DNA of 64,000 nt, taken from Lobosporangium transversale. Lineage: Eukaryota. A program made the position numbers and the translations under genes. The stretch covers positions 124,001 through 188,000 of the forward strand of contig NW_019028994.1 of NCBI RefSeq assembly GCF_002105155.1, read 5' to 3'. This document shows, piece by piece, positions 43,524 through 57,066 of the stretch. Each line of letters begins with the position of its first letter. Within the stretch, counting starts at the first letter, position 1. The notes beneath the pieces are model-generated. The model searched no databases, had not been told where the DNA came from, and saw only the letters and a list, made by a program, of their open reading frames with translations.

Positions 43524-46197
43524 TCATGATTTGGGAGCCGCCTTGAAAAACCTTGAAATGCTGGTTAGACTGACTTCCTCTTTCTTGACCTTTTTGTTCT
43601 TGTCGAGCCCTGCTGTTGGCTTCCTACGCTTGGACCCATGGCTAGTGACAGAATTATCCTCAACTTGGTCACTGATATTTGTAGAGACCTTATATTTTTG
43701 AAGGAGCTGGAAAGTTTTATTAATTCCTGTGGGGATTGCTGCTGTGGCCAACTCCTCTGCTGTCAACCATGCTGTCTCAAGATTGGTGGTGACGTTGATG
43801 GGACTACTGTCATTATTACTTTTCTTGCCACCACTGTTGCCTCTGCCTTTGCTACTCGACTCTATGTTTTTGGTCCCTTTGCTTTTTTCTGCATCAGAGC
43901 TCTGGACCAGGACATGAGTTTGCATGTGAATCAAGATCCATTCTACGTGATATACTTTTCTAATATGAGAAAACAGATGTTGAACGCTCCCAAGATCACG
44001 CCTTTGAATCTCTTTGTCTGTATGATCCTCGATCCATCGTTGTTGAAGTGTCTCGATCAAATACTTGTGACTAGATTCGGAGCGTTGTTTGTAAGTGGAA
44101 AGTATTGATGTATCCGAGGGATCCTTGCTTTTACTACTGTTGTTGGCCCCATGATCCAGTTGTAATTGATCTTGCTCTACGGTTGGGAACTCCCACATCC
44201 CAGCCAGAAGGCCCTTATCAGGCCGTTTGACCAACAAAAATTCTGATATAGACTCTCCCGACTCAAGGCTGCGCACACGTTCCAAAATAGACACTGCACA
44301 CTCTACAAGATTGAAAAAAAGCACTTTCATTTAATAAAGGAGACAATATGGGGGGTTTTTTTTTCTTCATCCTCAATCATCTGTGTTACCTTCATCTCTC
44401 GGGGCTTTCTTGATGGCTTTTCGTGGATATTGTGTCACTATTCCTTGATCTTTGCTCTCTACATCAGCCGCAGGCAAACATAATGTACATTCATCGCTAT
44501 CGTCTTTTCCGACGATGGCTCCATCTTCTTCCTCTATCTGACGTTTCTGAGACGCGCCGATAGTTTCCTGACGATTCTTCTTCAAGTCCAGCATCTAAAA
44601 CAGTAAGATATAAAGATATAGTTTCCTTTTTCTTTTTCTTTTTCCTTTTATTATCTCTGCAGTTCTTAGGCGCCCTTGCTTTATCAAAAATGAATTACCT
44701 CCGCATAAGCCCTACAACTTGTCCGCACAGGACATTTACCGCATTGAGGGTTCTGTGGCGTACAGATTACAGCACCAAGCTCCATTAGTCCTTGATTAAA
44801 ACATCCCGGACGATCTTGATGCACTAATTCCTTGGCGATTTGCCTTGATATTAAAAATTAAAAAAATAAAAAAATAAAAAAAAAAAATCTCGATTTCTTT
44901 TTTTCCTTCTTCTTCCTCTTTTATCGATCTAAATATGAGGAGAAAGTATATAAACAGTCTACTTACCAGTGAAGATCAATAACCTTAGGGCTCTTTACAT
45001 CTCCTCCAATGGCACGTAGCCGTGATAGCACACGTATCACATTACCATCCACGAGCTCTGCTGGTACATTGTATGCATGCGATGCGATTGCGCCTGCAGT
45101 ATACCTCCCGATCCCTGGGATTTCCTTCTCTAGTACCACAGGGTCCCTATATGTGTTTTATATATATTGTGTGTCAACATCATAACAGTCAAACCATAAC
45201 CCTTTAATCATAAAAGCAATCAACCTCTTTCCTTTCTTTCTTTCTTTCTTTCATTCTGTCTCTTTTTGATATAAAATCAATACCTTGGTAGTACACCGTT
45301 GAACTCTTTGACGACCTTCTGTGCTCCAGAATGCAGGCGTGAAGCACGAGAGTAATACCCCAGCCCTGTCCAAACCTTATTAACATCCTCAAGGTCTGCA
45401 GCAGCCAAATCATGTATAGTAGGCCATTTCTCCATCCATGTATTATAATATGGAATCACAGTGGCGACTTGAGTCTGCTGGCACATGATCTCCGACACCC
45501 AAACCTCATATGCGCGTTGACCAGGATGTTGCTTTTCATATTCTTGCATAGATAAAGCTTCCATTTCTGCCGCTACTGCCGCTGCTGCTGCCGGTAGTGT
45601 TGGTGTTGATGCTGCGGTAGTTGTGGTGGCTGTGGTGGTGACTGTTTTGTTTTCTGATGCTTCTGTTGGCTCTAATGTTTTAGGGGTCCAGAAATCACGC
45701 CGCCAAGGTAATTTCCGATGATAAATGTCATACCAGGCTAAGATATCATCATGAACTCGTTTCCGAGATTCATTTCCCAAAAAGCGATGATACTTGAAAG
45801 AATGTTTCCCATTAGAAAGACGGACCCGAGCAGCATCCGTTACTAGATCTTCCATGTCGGAGATATGGTCCGAGATCACTGCAGAAGAAGAAGAAGAAAC
45901 TGCCGGTGATGTAAAAGTAGAGGTGGTTTTCTTCCGCGTTTTTGGCGTTGGCGTTGCTGTTGTTGATGCTGCTGTTGATGCTATTGTTGGTGCTGGCATT
46001 GTCCGTGATCGGCTAGACATTATCTCTGCAAATGCATTATGACCCTTGCTCTTCTTGTTACTATCGTTGTTGCTAATATCTTCAACCTGATTGCTGTCCT
46101 CCGCCTCAGTCTTGATAGCGAGCGCTGCTTTAGTAGCTGCTTTTCTTGCGGGCCTCATTTCGGCTTTAAATGATGTCTGATTCTTAAATTCCAACAT
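43524..46197 (-). CDS. MYH1: A/G-specific adenine DNA glycosylase MutY (MYH)
   Basis: RKLPWR, AYEVWVSEIMCQQTQVATVIPYY, WTGLGYYSRA, HhH IPGIGRYTAGAIASIAY, Fe-S motif CTPQNPQCGKCPVRTSC, Nudix-like GLLAGMWEFP. ATG at 46197 or 46158. Confidence 0.95.
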
Positions 46198-46308
46198 TGT
46201 CTTTTAGCAAGATTTCTCAGGAGAGGGTTTTTATTGCGCCACTAATTTCTTTGTTTCCAAATTTGGTAAAGCAACGTCTGAAACATTTTTTTTTATCTAA
46301 TGCCTTCT

Positions 46309-48508
46309 CTATGCTTTGGTGGAGATAAGCCCTTTCAGCATATCAAACGAATTGCCATCAGGCTGAAGTCTATGTTCTTCGTTTGGAATATCTCTACCCT
46401 GATCATCTACAGCAATTGTCCTCAACAACCCATAATCCAATGAGATACCTTGGATTCGCACTCGTTGATGAGGTGTCATTGTTGTCAGGGTCACAAACGC
46501 ATTCGAGTGTAACCACCGCTTGTAATACAGCTCTTCTAGCTGTGCGAAACCCGTCCCATTGCCATGCAGGAACAAATTATACATCTCCTCCAACTTCACA
46601 AGGATATTGGCCAACAGCGATTCTTGTGTGAATAGTGCTAAATTCTTGCCTGTCACCCTATTATGATATCGAATCAGATGATTTATTGAAGTCGTTGGGT
46701 TCGGATTGGTTGTATTGACCCCACATCCTAGAATAATGCGAAAAGGATGATTAGTGGTTTGAAGTAACGTCCATTGAGCTTGGTCATGTATCTGCTAATC
46801 GACTTTATCCCTTCTTACCAATGACTAGTAAAAATTCAGATCCACTAAAGTTTGAGTTAACAAGAACTCCTCCAATCTTGACCATCTTGGGGAGGACACC
46901 CTGTTGCTGTTGCTGCTGCTCTTGTTCGTTCTCTTCTAAGGGCGCCTCTGCATAAATATCATTAGGCCACTTGAGCTTCAATGGAACACCCTCATATCCG
47001 GGCAATGAGCATACACTTTCCACAACGGCTAAAGCGACCAGATATTGCACAAAGACCGCAGAGGCATGACGTGCCTGTACAGGATGTCTTAACACCATCG
47101 AAAACTGCAGACATCCTGGTGGCGAAATCCAAGAATTACGGCCGCGTCCTCGCCCTGCTATCTGCGTCGTGGCATTACACACAAATCCATCGGGCAAGCG
47201 TTGGCAGAGCGCGAAATTCTTGTCCAGCATGGTCTGTGTAGACGTGACAACTTGGCCATACAGGAGCGAGTTGCCAAATTTGAAATTATTGAAACTACTC
47301 ATTTTATTTTGCCCACGAACTGAATGCAGATGCTTAAAATAGTTGTCCATGTTGAAATAGGGCGTCAAGGAAGGCGCAGGTGGCTGCTCTGGGCAGAGAA
47401 CAAGGTTCTTAATGATCTTCTCTTCACTCTCGCCTTCTGTTGCCTCTGAGAGGGTTGGTGTATGAACAGGAACTGTATGCTGTGGAGAAGCAATCAATTG
47501 AAAGGTGTCATTGGGCTCTTTAATCAATCCTTCAGGTGTAGCTAACCCTTTCAATATTTTAGTCAAATCTGCTGTATAATTTGAGTTGATTGAGGCCAGA
47601 TACAACGATGACAGATCTGGGATCCCCTGGATGGCACCAGGAGGCAATACACCATTAGCGCTCGTATCGACTTGTTCGGCCATTGACGATGATGTATCCG
47701 CGGCATCTGGATGCGTTAACTTCAGCCCAAGCTTGGTAAGTAGACTCCTCAGCAGCGAGGTACGTTCTCTCTCGCTTTCAAGTAAACAGGTTACTACATT
47801 AGGCAATGGTCCATACTCGGGATTACCTGAATCCAGGTGAGCGGGATCATACTCTAGGTGAACACCAGTCAGCAGCGCCAGGCCATTCCCAACTTGACAG
47901 ATAATTATTGCAGGTGCATTCACTCCATGGCTTTCCTCTCCGTTTCTCCCACTGTATCTTGCTAATACTTGTGTTCCGGGATACTTTTCGGCGTCCAAAA
48001 AACAACCTCCTCCATTAAAATATACTCGCGTACTGCTAAATCCCAACTTGTGAGTTGCAAGCAATTCTCTGTCCAATTGAATTTCTACCGCTTTGGCTCC
48101 TTGTTCCGAGTCGTAGACGAACCCAGGAACCACCACTCCGCGACACTCGCCCGCAAAGAACTTGAGCTCCCGTTCCCCTTGGACCTCAATAGGAGTACCG
48201 ACCTGAAAAACGATATGATCAGATGCAAAGTATGCTCCCGCACAGATTCCACAGAATCGTCCACCACCCTGTACATATGCCTGGATCTTTTGGTTGATAG
48301 CACCATTGAGATCCTTGGTATAGGGGATATCGCGTCCTCCCGGGATAACTAGCAGTGCTGTGGACTCTTCCCAAGGCTCGGTCAGCAAACCTTTGGCATC
48401 GATCTTCATAACGTCGTAATGCTGCCCAACAAGACTGCGCAGTGAGCGAACTGTATGAGCAAGTGATATACGCGAGGTACCCTCGCCAGAGTAGACCAGG
48501 ACATTCAT
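46309..48508 (-). CDS. BPL1: Biotin-protein ligase (holocarboxylase synthetase)
   Basis: N-terminal BPL_N (MNVLVYSG..PGGRD..GICAGAY), QIAGRGRGRNSWISPPGCLQFS, KWPNDIY, KIGGVLV, LQPDGNSFDMLKGLI. Confidence 0.96.
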
Positions 48509-48760
48509 GTTGAATTCTGATTGCAACAGATGTTTTTGTAAGATTAAACTGGGCGACCAAGAATGAGTGGAAAAAAAAAAAAAAAAAAAAAAAAGGAATT
48601 CAATGGGGATGTTGCTAGTGACTGCCTGTAAAAAACTACCACATTGCTCGTTTATGGATCAAATATCGTACAGAAAATTATATGCTCGACACTTTATCTT
48701 TTGTTCAACTTCTATAAATCTTTAAATTTTTTTTTTTTCATCTGTTGCTTGTCCTTTGGT

Positions 48761-49178
48761 TTAGTCAACAGACTCCTGTTCCAAAATGACATGCGATGAT
48801 GATTCCTCGGTGGCATCATGCTGGAAGAAGTCTGACAGACGCAATGGGCGCACTTCATCCCGATCCAAGACTACTCCCTCAAGAGCCCCTTTCGTATCTG
48901 ACCCCTTTGAACGCAGATACTCGCGCAGGGGCAGCATGGATGCATTCCTGCAAGCTTCCTTCAAATCGCTTCCTGAAAACCCAGCTGTCTTCTGTACCAG
49001 CTTTTTGAAGTCAAAGCTTGGATCGAGTTTAGTCGAAGAAAGCATCTAAAAAGCAATAATAAACATTACAAAGTATAAAAAGATCAGTAAGCCTAACTTG
49101 GACAACTCTTAATGAACCTGATCCGATAACCAATAATACGAATCATTTTACTTTTTTCCTTTCTTTTCTCTCTCTCTC

Positions 49179-49218
<40 letters not shown>

Positions 49219-50707
49219 GAGACGCATCAAGAAATGCTTACCAACTTTAAAATGTTCATGCGCTGCTCGTCTGAAGGCAATTTAATCGCAAACCGTTTTG
49301 GCATTCTCCTGAGAATAGCAGAGTCAATATCGTTTGGACGGTTGGTAGCTCCCAGAACAATGATCCTAGTGTCCTCGCCAGTTGTAAGACCATCCCACAT
49401 GCTCATAAACTCGGCTTTCATCATGCTCGTGATTTCATGATCGTTACTCCTGCGTTCTCTCAAGAAAGAGTCGATTTCATCTATAAAGATAATGGCTGGT
49501 TGCATCTTGTGTGCAAGAGAGAACAAGGCTGCAACAAGTTTGTTGGATTCTCCAAACCACTTGTCAGTCAAAGTTGAAACGTGCATATTAATAAATGTTG
49601 CACCTGATTCCTTGGCGAGAGCCTTGGCCAGCATGGTCTTGCCACATCCCGGAGGTCCATACAACAATACTCCTTTAGGTGCGCCCAACAATCCAGAAGC
49701 GCTTGTGAACAACGCAGGGTGATTCAGGGGCAAAATAACACTCTCGCGTAGAGAACGGATAATCGGATCCAATCCACCAATCTCTATAAAAGTAAAGATC
49801 AAGTAAAAGCAGTAAAGCAGGAACAAATATTAATAAGGGAGAGGCGAGGTTACACTAAAGGTTACCCTAAACTGTGTTGATGCAACTCCCCACAGACGTA
49901 AGTCATTCCCTTTCATCCCTACATTAAAACCACAGTGCACTACTTACGATCAAAATCGACCTTGATGTCCTCTGGATGGATCACTTCTGAAGCAATCACT
50001 TGTTCATACTCATTAAGTTTAATATCGCGGTGCTTGTTGGTTTACGGCGAAATGGTGGAAATAAGAATACATGAAAATGAAAGATAGTAAGTACCAAAAG
50101 ATTTTCTTTTTGATTTTTTGCTCAGACCATAATAGTATTCGTAAACTGAACTGTAGAAAAAGGATCTTCATACCCCGAGCCGATCCAGGACCTTGGCACT
50201 CTTTTCATGCGCATCCTTCTTCTTTGTCTTCAGTGGATCCATGGATGATATAATGTACTTGAACGCATAGTAAAACGCAGCCTGCGACAAGGCAAACAGT
50301 GCCACTAAATAGGTTCAAGAAGGAGACATAATTAGATTTGTGGGGGGGGGGGGGGGATTTTCTTCTCAAAGTGGCATAACGATAGACTTAGGATCCTAGA
50401 GTTTTATTGATATTTTAGGGTTTTGCCAATAGTTGAATTCAACTATGGGCGCTTTTTTACCCAAACTCAGAGGAATCCAGAATGGTAAAAAAAAAAAAAA
50501 AAGTGATGCATTTAACAAACTAGAGTTAAAACACTTCGACTGCAAGCGCTTGCGCATAAACAAGTTTGATTCCTGCGGATGCGTTGTCCGTTCCAAATGC
50601 TGATCGGACATGTTTATGTTTATAACTAAATGGGGTCGCTGTCCTGAATAGCAAACATTTATGAATCACTTACGGTCTGCAAGGTATTTTTTAGTTTGAG
50701 GCTGCAT
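48761..50707 (-). CDS. MSP1: Membrane-anchored AAA+ ATPase Msp1/ATAD1
   Basis: N-terminal TM ([14 protein letters not shown]), [56 protein letters not shown]. Confidence 0.94.
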
Positions 50708-50953
50708 CACAATTTTTAGAAGGAAGTAAGGAACGATGCAAAGAATGTGAACAGAATGAGCAGAATGAGCAGAATGAGACAAAGACCCTTCTTATTTTTT
50801 AGCCAATTTGGGTCATTTACACGTGACAGCAACAGCAATGATGAAGGAAGGAATAAAAAGATGAACAAGTGCCTTTTTTATTGACAAATAATAAAAACAA
50901 GTGTATGTACAATCGATCGCTGCACAACACAACCAAGGGAACAAAAACCGTGT

Positions 50954-53095
50954 TTAAACGCTGAAGCGGTTCTTGCTCTGAACACCAGCGCGGTCAAAGG
51001 CGTTGAGATTCTTGTGGGCAACGATCTGGAAGGCGGTGGAGGATCCCTGGCGAGCGATGATGGTGGACCAAGCAAGGAAGATCTCCCAGGTGCGGAACCA
51101 CCTCTTGCCATAAGTGGCAGTGATAGACTCCTGGTTAGACATCCAGTTGAGGTACCAGCGGTAGATAGTAGCAGAGTAATGGACTCCGATAGTGTCAATG
51201 TTGTTGATCTCGAAACCAGAGCACTCAAGTTGTTTGATAACCCAGTACAAGGGCATGGATGCATCGGCACCAGGGAAAACATACTTGGCCATAAAAAGAC
51301 CCCAGATAAAGTCCTCGTATTGCCAGGTAGCACGAAGACCGGCGATCTGAACGAAGAAGAGACCATCATCGTGGAGCATTTCTCTGACCTGAAGCAAAAA
51401 CTCGTTGAATCTGCGAATACCGACGTGCTCAGCCATTTCAAGACAGGTAATCTTGTCCCATTTTTCGTTGGGGATATCACGGTAGTCCACGCACTTGATG
51501 CGGGCTTGAGTTTCAGGGACACCAAACTCCTTGATGCGATTATTTCCGAATTCAGCCTGTTTGCGTGCGAGGGTGATTCCAGTCGAGTCAGTTCCATAGT
51601 TCTTGGCAGCATAAGCAGTGAGAGTACCCCAGCCGCATCCGATATCGAGATGGCGTTCACCCTTCTTGAGCTGCATCTTCTCGCAAACGAGCTTCATCTT
51701 GTTGTCCTGCAGTTCTTCGAGAGTTTCCTTCTTGTTAACATCAGACATGATGCCGGAGGTGTAGACCATGCGAGGACCAAGGAAAGCAGCATAGAAATCG
51801 TCACCTCTATCGTAGTGATCACGGACCTGATCCTCATCTTGCTTCTTTGAGTGCCAGATGACCTCAGGGATCCATTGGGTGACAAAGAATTTGGCCTGGC
51901 CAGCAGTCATTTTGAACACAGCCCAATCGTGGCGGTTCTCGAACAATTCGAGACAGTCCATGTTAATGTCGATCTATTGAAAAAAAGTCATTAAGGGATG
52001 TTAGAAATAACAACAAAAAAGTCCTACAGCTATGTGTACATGTAACAGGGAATACGTGCATGGGTCTGAAGAGCACAAGGTTTTCCTCAGCTGCCTCATT
52101 AGACTAGTCTAAACCGGTATTTTCAGTTTGTCGATGATCCGGTTCAGACTTTTTTGTCATGGGCGTGTGAACGAAAAGAAAAAGAGAAGGGAAGGGGAAG
52201 GGAAGGGGAAGCGAAGCGAAAAGAACACAGTCCTACACGAACTTCTTTCTCACACAGCATAAAACACCGACCGAAACAAAAACAGAGCTAAGAAAACTCT
52301 GTCTGATTCCTGCAATATTTGAATAAGCGATTGACAGTAAACACTAAAACTAAGATCGCTACAATTGCATTTCCTGCTCAGTAAGACTTGAAGTCTTCTC
52401 CCTCACTCTACTTATGATGATTGCAGTGAGCAAAGCTATGGCCAGAGCAGTAGTGACAGTATGAAAGCCCTCTATCTCAATAAGAATAAATAACAACAAA
52501 GGCCATCGCTTGGAAGCACGACAAGAAATTTCAGGAACACAAAAATAAAATAAGAGCAAGCCCGCGCGCTTTTTTACCAATGGCACGTTCCCCTCAGCGC
52601 ATCGCCACGTTGTGAAATCTCAAGAAAAAGAAAATCATAACGAATAGAGAATGTAAGAGGAAAGGATGAAAATACTTTTTTTTTTTTTTTTTTTTCTTTT
52701 ACCTTGCCGTCAAAGTAAGCCTCGAAGAAGGTCTCCATGGGAATTCTGTTCCTGCCCTTGTACTTCTGGAAAGCGGGGTCGATAATGGTCAAGTAGTCCT
52801 CAACCTTCTTGCCAGGGGTTTGTACGCGGTTGTTGAAGGGAAGAGCATACTTGGATCCATACACAAAGTAGGTGGCAAAGATGGGCAACGCAAGGAGAAT
52901 GGTCAAAATAGGATAAGTCCAGAAAGGCAACTTTAGGATCGTGACGAGGACGAAGGGAACTCCGAAAATTGTTCCAGCAAGATAAAGGTTGTTGAATGAC
53001 TCATTGCCAGCGACCTCGACAGGGTAATCTGCGTTCTTGATATTGGGGTAGTTGGTCTTTTTCCAGCTTGCGCCAGGCTTGACGGGGAGCGACAT
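50954..53095 (-). CDS. Sphingolipid C9-methyltransferase (CFA-synthase family)
   Basis: N-terminal TM region, IPMETFFEAYFDGK, HSKKQDEDQVRDHYDRGDDFY, LDIGCGWGTL, CLEMAEHVG, KYVFPGAD; one ~730-nt intron. Confidence 0.9.
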
Positions 53096-53151
53096 CTTTT
53101 TTTTTTTTTTTCAGATGAGAAATGAGATGAAGATTGTCACAAAAAAAAAAA

Positions 53152-53193
<42 letters not shown>

Positions 53194-54598
53194 GTGGTGA
53201 GGACAGGAAAAAAGACAAACTCCTTTTCATGTCTTCCGAACCAATTGATTTATACAGAATGCATTTGTTGAATAGATCCATCTCATCTCTTATGCCTCTT
53301 AATAACCCTCCTTTGAATGAAACCCACATCTGCAGCAAGGAATGCAACTATACGCCATTTATCACATGTTGAAACGCGCAACCTTTGGATCCATTCAAAC
53401 TGGAACACCCTATAACGCGTCCTTGATGATAAAGTGCTTCCTTATGCTGATGATCACTTTCTTTTTTTTTTTTTTTTTTTTTTTTTTTTGATGTGTAACC
53501 AGCTCAAGATTAACACAGGTCTCTGTTTTCCTTCACGCTGACAGATCGATCGTTGGGTGGGACTCAAAAAAAGGAGGAATGAACAAGACAACAGAAGGTA
53601 ATAAATCCTTTTTTTCGTGATAATCGACTGTTGACATGCAGCACACGTGCTAGAGTACATACCTTGTAAGAACTGAAGATGGGTTGTGACAAAGATGAAG
53701 TATAAAAAAAAAAAGAAAAGAAAAGAAAAAGAGAAAAGAAAAGAAGAAAAGGAGAGAAGAAAAGTTAGAAGAATGCAAAAAAGGAGACAGAAAAGAAAGA
53801 CAGAAAAGAGAGACAAGAGTCTAGTTCCGGTCAACAGTCTCTGGACTAAACTCTGATTGATTTGTACTCAATGAAATACATCTCATCAACCAATTCTGGG
53901 CTGCCATTGCACCTGGTTAACCTTCTATTTTCCGCCTCCTTCATAGGAACAAGCGGTAAACCAAAAACCCAACTTGGACAAGTCGTCTTTTAACTGGTCA
54001 ATGCCTGGACACCTTCATTTTCTTTTAATCTTTTCAAGTAGAATGCAGGTGAATCGAGACAAAACCAAAAGACTAGACAAACAAGGACGGCATATTCAAA
54101 AACCAGGTTCAATTCCTCTATCAAGTGGACACGATTGATTCGATCCACCTTATTCCTCTTCCTCTTCTTTTGTACCCCTTCATCTTTTTTTGTGTGCAAG
54201 TCGTAGTAGGACGAGAAATTAGAATAGAATCTCTATACAATCACTCTACTCTAATGCGTTCACATATTGAAAATGGGTGATTGAGACAAGGGCAAAGAGT
54301 TTTTAACCATAACGCGATCTTTTTTTTTTTTTTTTTTTTTTTTCTTTCCTCGAAAGCAAAAGTAAAAAAAAAAGAGCCCATGTTAATCAGAAATAAGCTA
54401 TTCTTTGGAAAGACACAATATTTCTTGGATGATCGACCTCTTCTCCCTCTATAGCCTCCTTTTTTTTGTTTTTTTTTTTTTGCTTACCATAATTGATTAA
54501 GAGAGAAAGTCAGGGACATAAATATTCGTCACGTTTTTGAATTGAATAAAATACTTTCATTTTTAAACACAAAAAACAACACGTACAAACTCAAAATT

Positions 54599-54907
54599 TT
54601 AATTTTTTCGGAAGCGTTTTCTGTTATCAACAAGACGCTCCTCCTCAGACTCGCATTCCTCTTCAAAATTGAAGACGCTACCAATACCTTGACAAAGGTC
54701 CACTACCTCAGGCTCCAGGATAACAGCCTCGATGTGCTCTTGGTTAATTACTCTATCAAGTTCTGTATCCCACTCACTGCTGTCGACTATAATCATGTCG
54801 CCAAAATCCTCAGTAATCTCCTCTTCATCAAAGACCTCTTGGTAAACCTCCCCGCTCATATTCTCTTGTACGCGACCCCTGTCATTATATATATAATAGT
54901 ATCTCAT
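54599..54907 (-). other. Small acidic ORF (102 aa) of uncertain status, possibly a TE-derived fragment
   Basis: Non-random E/D-rich composition with a basic NLS-like end RKRFRKN; its ATG directly abuts the TIR at 54910. Confidence 0.3.
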
Positions 54908-54909
54908 AC

Positions 54910-55087
54910 CATTGTCATAGGTACCATGTCCGTATGTGTGTCACCTTTCTTCATTGAAAATCCGACGAGAAATAAAGAAATAAACTAAATAAAAGATCCC
55001 TCTGCCCTGCAACTCTGATCTACATCTACTTCTCGAGCCAAAAGGGTGGTGTGGGTGGGACATTCGTCCATGGTACTTATGACAATG
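54910..55087. mobile_element. 178-bp MITE-like inverted-repeat element
   Basis: cattgtcataggtaccatg (54910-54928) versus catggtacttatgacaatg (55069-55087): 18/19 inverted match, degenerate to ~34 bp. No clear TSD. Confidence 0.6.
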
Positions 55088-55200
55088 TGAATAGGTCGTC
55101 CTTCGTAGACCAATTCAGTAGACCAATTTTTACAGACTAAGGGTAATCAAGACTTCAAAAAAGGAAATACAATGGACACAACATTCAAAAAATGAATTTA

Positions 55201-55283
55201 TGGTGGAAGTGGGATTTGAACCCACGCCTCTCTCGAGACCGCAACTTGAGTGCGGCGCCTTAGACCAACTCGGCCATCCCACC
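55201..55283 (-). tRNA. tRNA-Leu(CAA), intronless
   Basis: GGTGGGATGGCCGAGTTGGTCTAAGGCGCCGCACT-CAA-GTTGCGGTCTCGAGAGAGGCGTGGGTTCAAATCCCACTTCCACCA: cloverleaf, long variable arm, A/B boxes, and a T-run terminator just downstream. Confidence 0.96.
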
Positions 55284-56650
55284 GTTATACAAAATTCTCT
55301 TGAATAGATAAATTATATAAACGTATAACCATCTATGAGCTCTGTCACGTGTATACATTTAGGATTAGGTTGTAAATTGGTCAACCTGATAATAATAAGG
55401 GTGGATTAGTAACTGGACGTGATTGAGCGGCTAGGTGGAATGAAGTTTTTGATGACTATGGATAGCGAGCGGATAATTTGTCGCGCTGCGCAACAGGCCA
55501 CGGCGGAAAGGTGGACTTTGAGTACCAACCACGGTGGTCAGGGTTTATGAAATCATGGATGCAGCGGCTTTCGCCGTTTGTGCAGTAATAGCTGTTTATT
55601 GACTATAGTTTCTGGAGCATTTTGTTCATAGAATGTAGAAAATAAATCCCATGACCCTGAGGGTCCTTGTTATCAAAAAAAAAAAAAAAAAAAAAAAAAG
55701 CCTAGAGGTGATCAACATCTCTCTGAGTGTCGCTCAGAACGGGCCCTGAAACAACGGCCGAACGCTAGAAGAAACTGTCATTAATCTCCACCACCTCCGT
55801 TCTCTATCGGCGATTGAGAAAGACCCTTAATGGTTAAATTTGTCAAAGACATTTCTAGTAATAATTAAGAAAAAAAGGGAGGTTTAAAAAAAAAAAAAAA
55901 AAAAAAAAAAACCAGAAGTGGTTTGTGAATAAGGATGTCGTTCAGTGACAGCACGTTGATGCGATTATTGGCACCCGCTTTTGTTACGCCCCTTGTAAAA
56001 GAGCAACTCATTTATAAAGTCCAAGTCTACGGAAAAAAAAAAAAAAAAAAAAAAAAAAAAAGCAAACCCAATCCTAGTGATTAAACCCGTCGATGGATTC
56101 TCTCCTATGATTGGCTCTTTGAGTTTTAATTTAATCCAATGTGAAGGCTTTGTTGCCTTGCGCGGATATGTAGAGCTTCAGGGTCTAGCCAATCATGCGG
56201 ATCTGTTCTAACACGCTTTCGCTACCCGAGTCATCTTATTTCTGGGATGAAACGCTTTTTAAAGACTAGCATTTGTGATGGATCGATGGACAGTGGAGTC
56301 ATTGCTTGATGCGCCCTCAGAGTTCGGCCAGGTTGGAGTCAGCTAAGGCATACTATTGATGCATCACCTTCAAGTCATAATCTCAAGACAAATTAGGGGA
56401 ATTCTGGTACCTAGGTCGGTCAACTCAATCCTTACGATCGTAGATGGCATCATTATAAAAAAAAATAAAATAAAAAAAAAAAAGAAAGAAAGCTTGTGGC
56501 TCTGTGTAGCAGCATACAAAATGTCAGAACATGAACCTTGTACACAAAAAGTCAAATAAGAAACTTCCTATAGATCAAGGGATATGGGTCGTATGGTGAC
56601 GGAACGGCGGATGCAAACAAATCCTAATGATCTCATGGGCACTCGCTACT

Positions 56651-56683
<33 letters not shown>

Positions 56684-57066
56684 ATTCCGACACGCTTCTA
56701 CATGTTTACTTTCTCTAATATATATACACACCATTCCCCGTCTTTCTTTCTTTTTCTTCTTCCTGCTCCTGCTCCTGCATCTCACTCCTACTATTCCTTT
56801 TCCCTCTTCTTTTTCTTTCAAAGAGGCACGCAAAGTAAATTAGCATGTAAGTATACATTAAACAGCTTTTCGTTGCTATCCACCCATACCTTGTCAAATC
56901 TTCACATATGCGAATCTCCACGCATTCACTGGCTCAAGCTTCACTCATAATCTGTTCCTAATCCTAATCCTACATCCAATACATTATATCTCTAAACAGC
57001 AGCCCAAGCTAAAAAAAAAGAAAAAAAGAAAAAGAAACATAATTTACGCGAGCATCTTAATTCAAA

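Noticed and set aside
51014..51850. 278-aa antisense ORF opposite the sphingolipid methyltransferase (and a 260-aa alternative-frame ORF)
   Set aside because: Mirror of a strongly codon-biased gene; no motifs and no independent signals.
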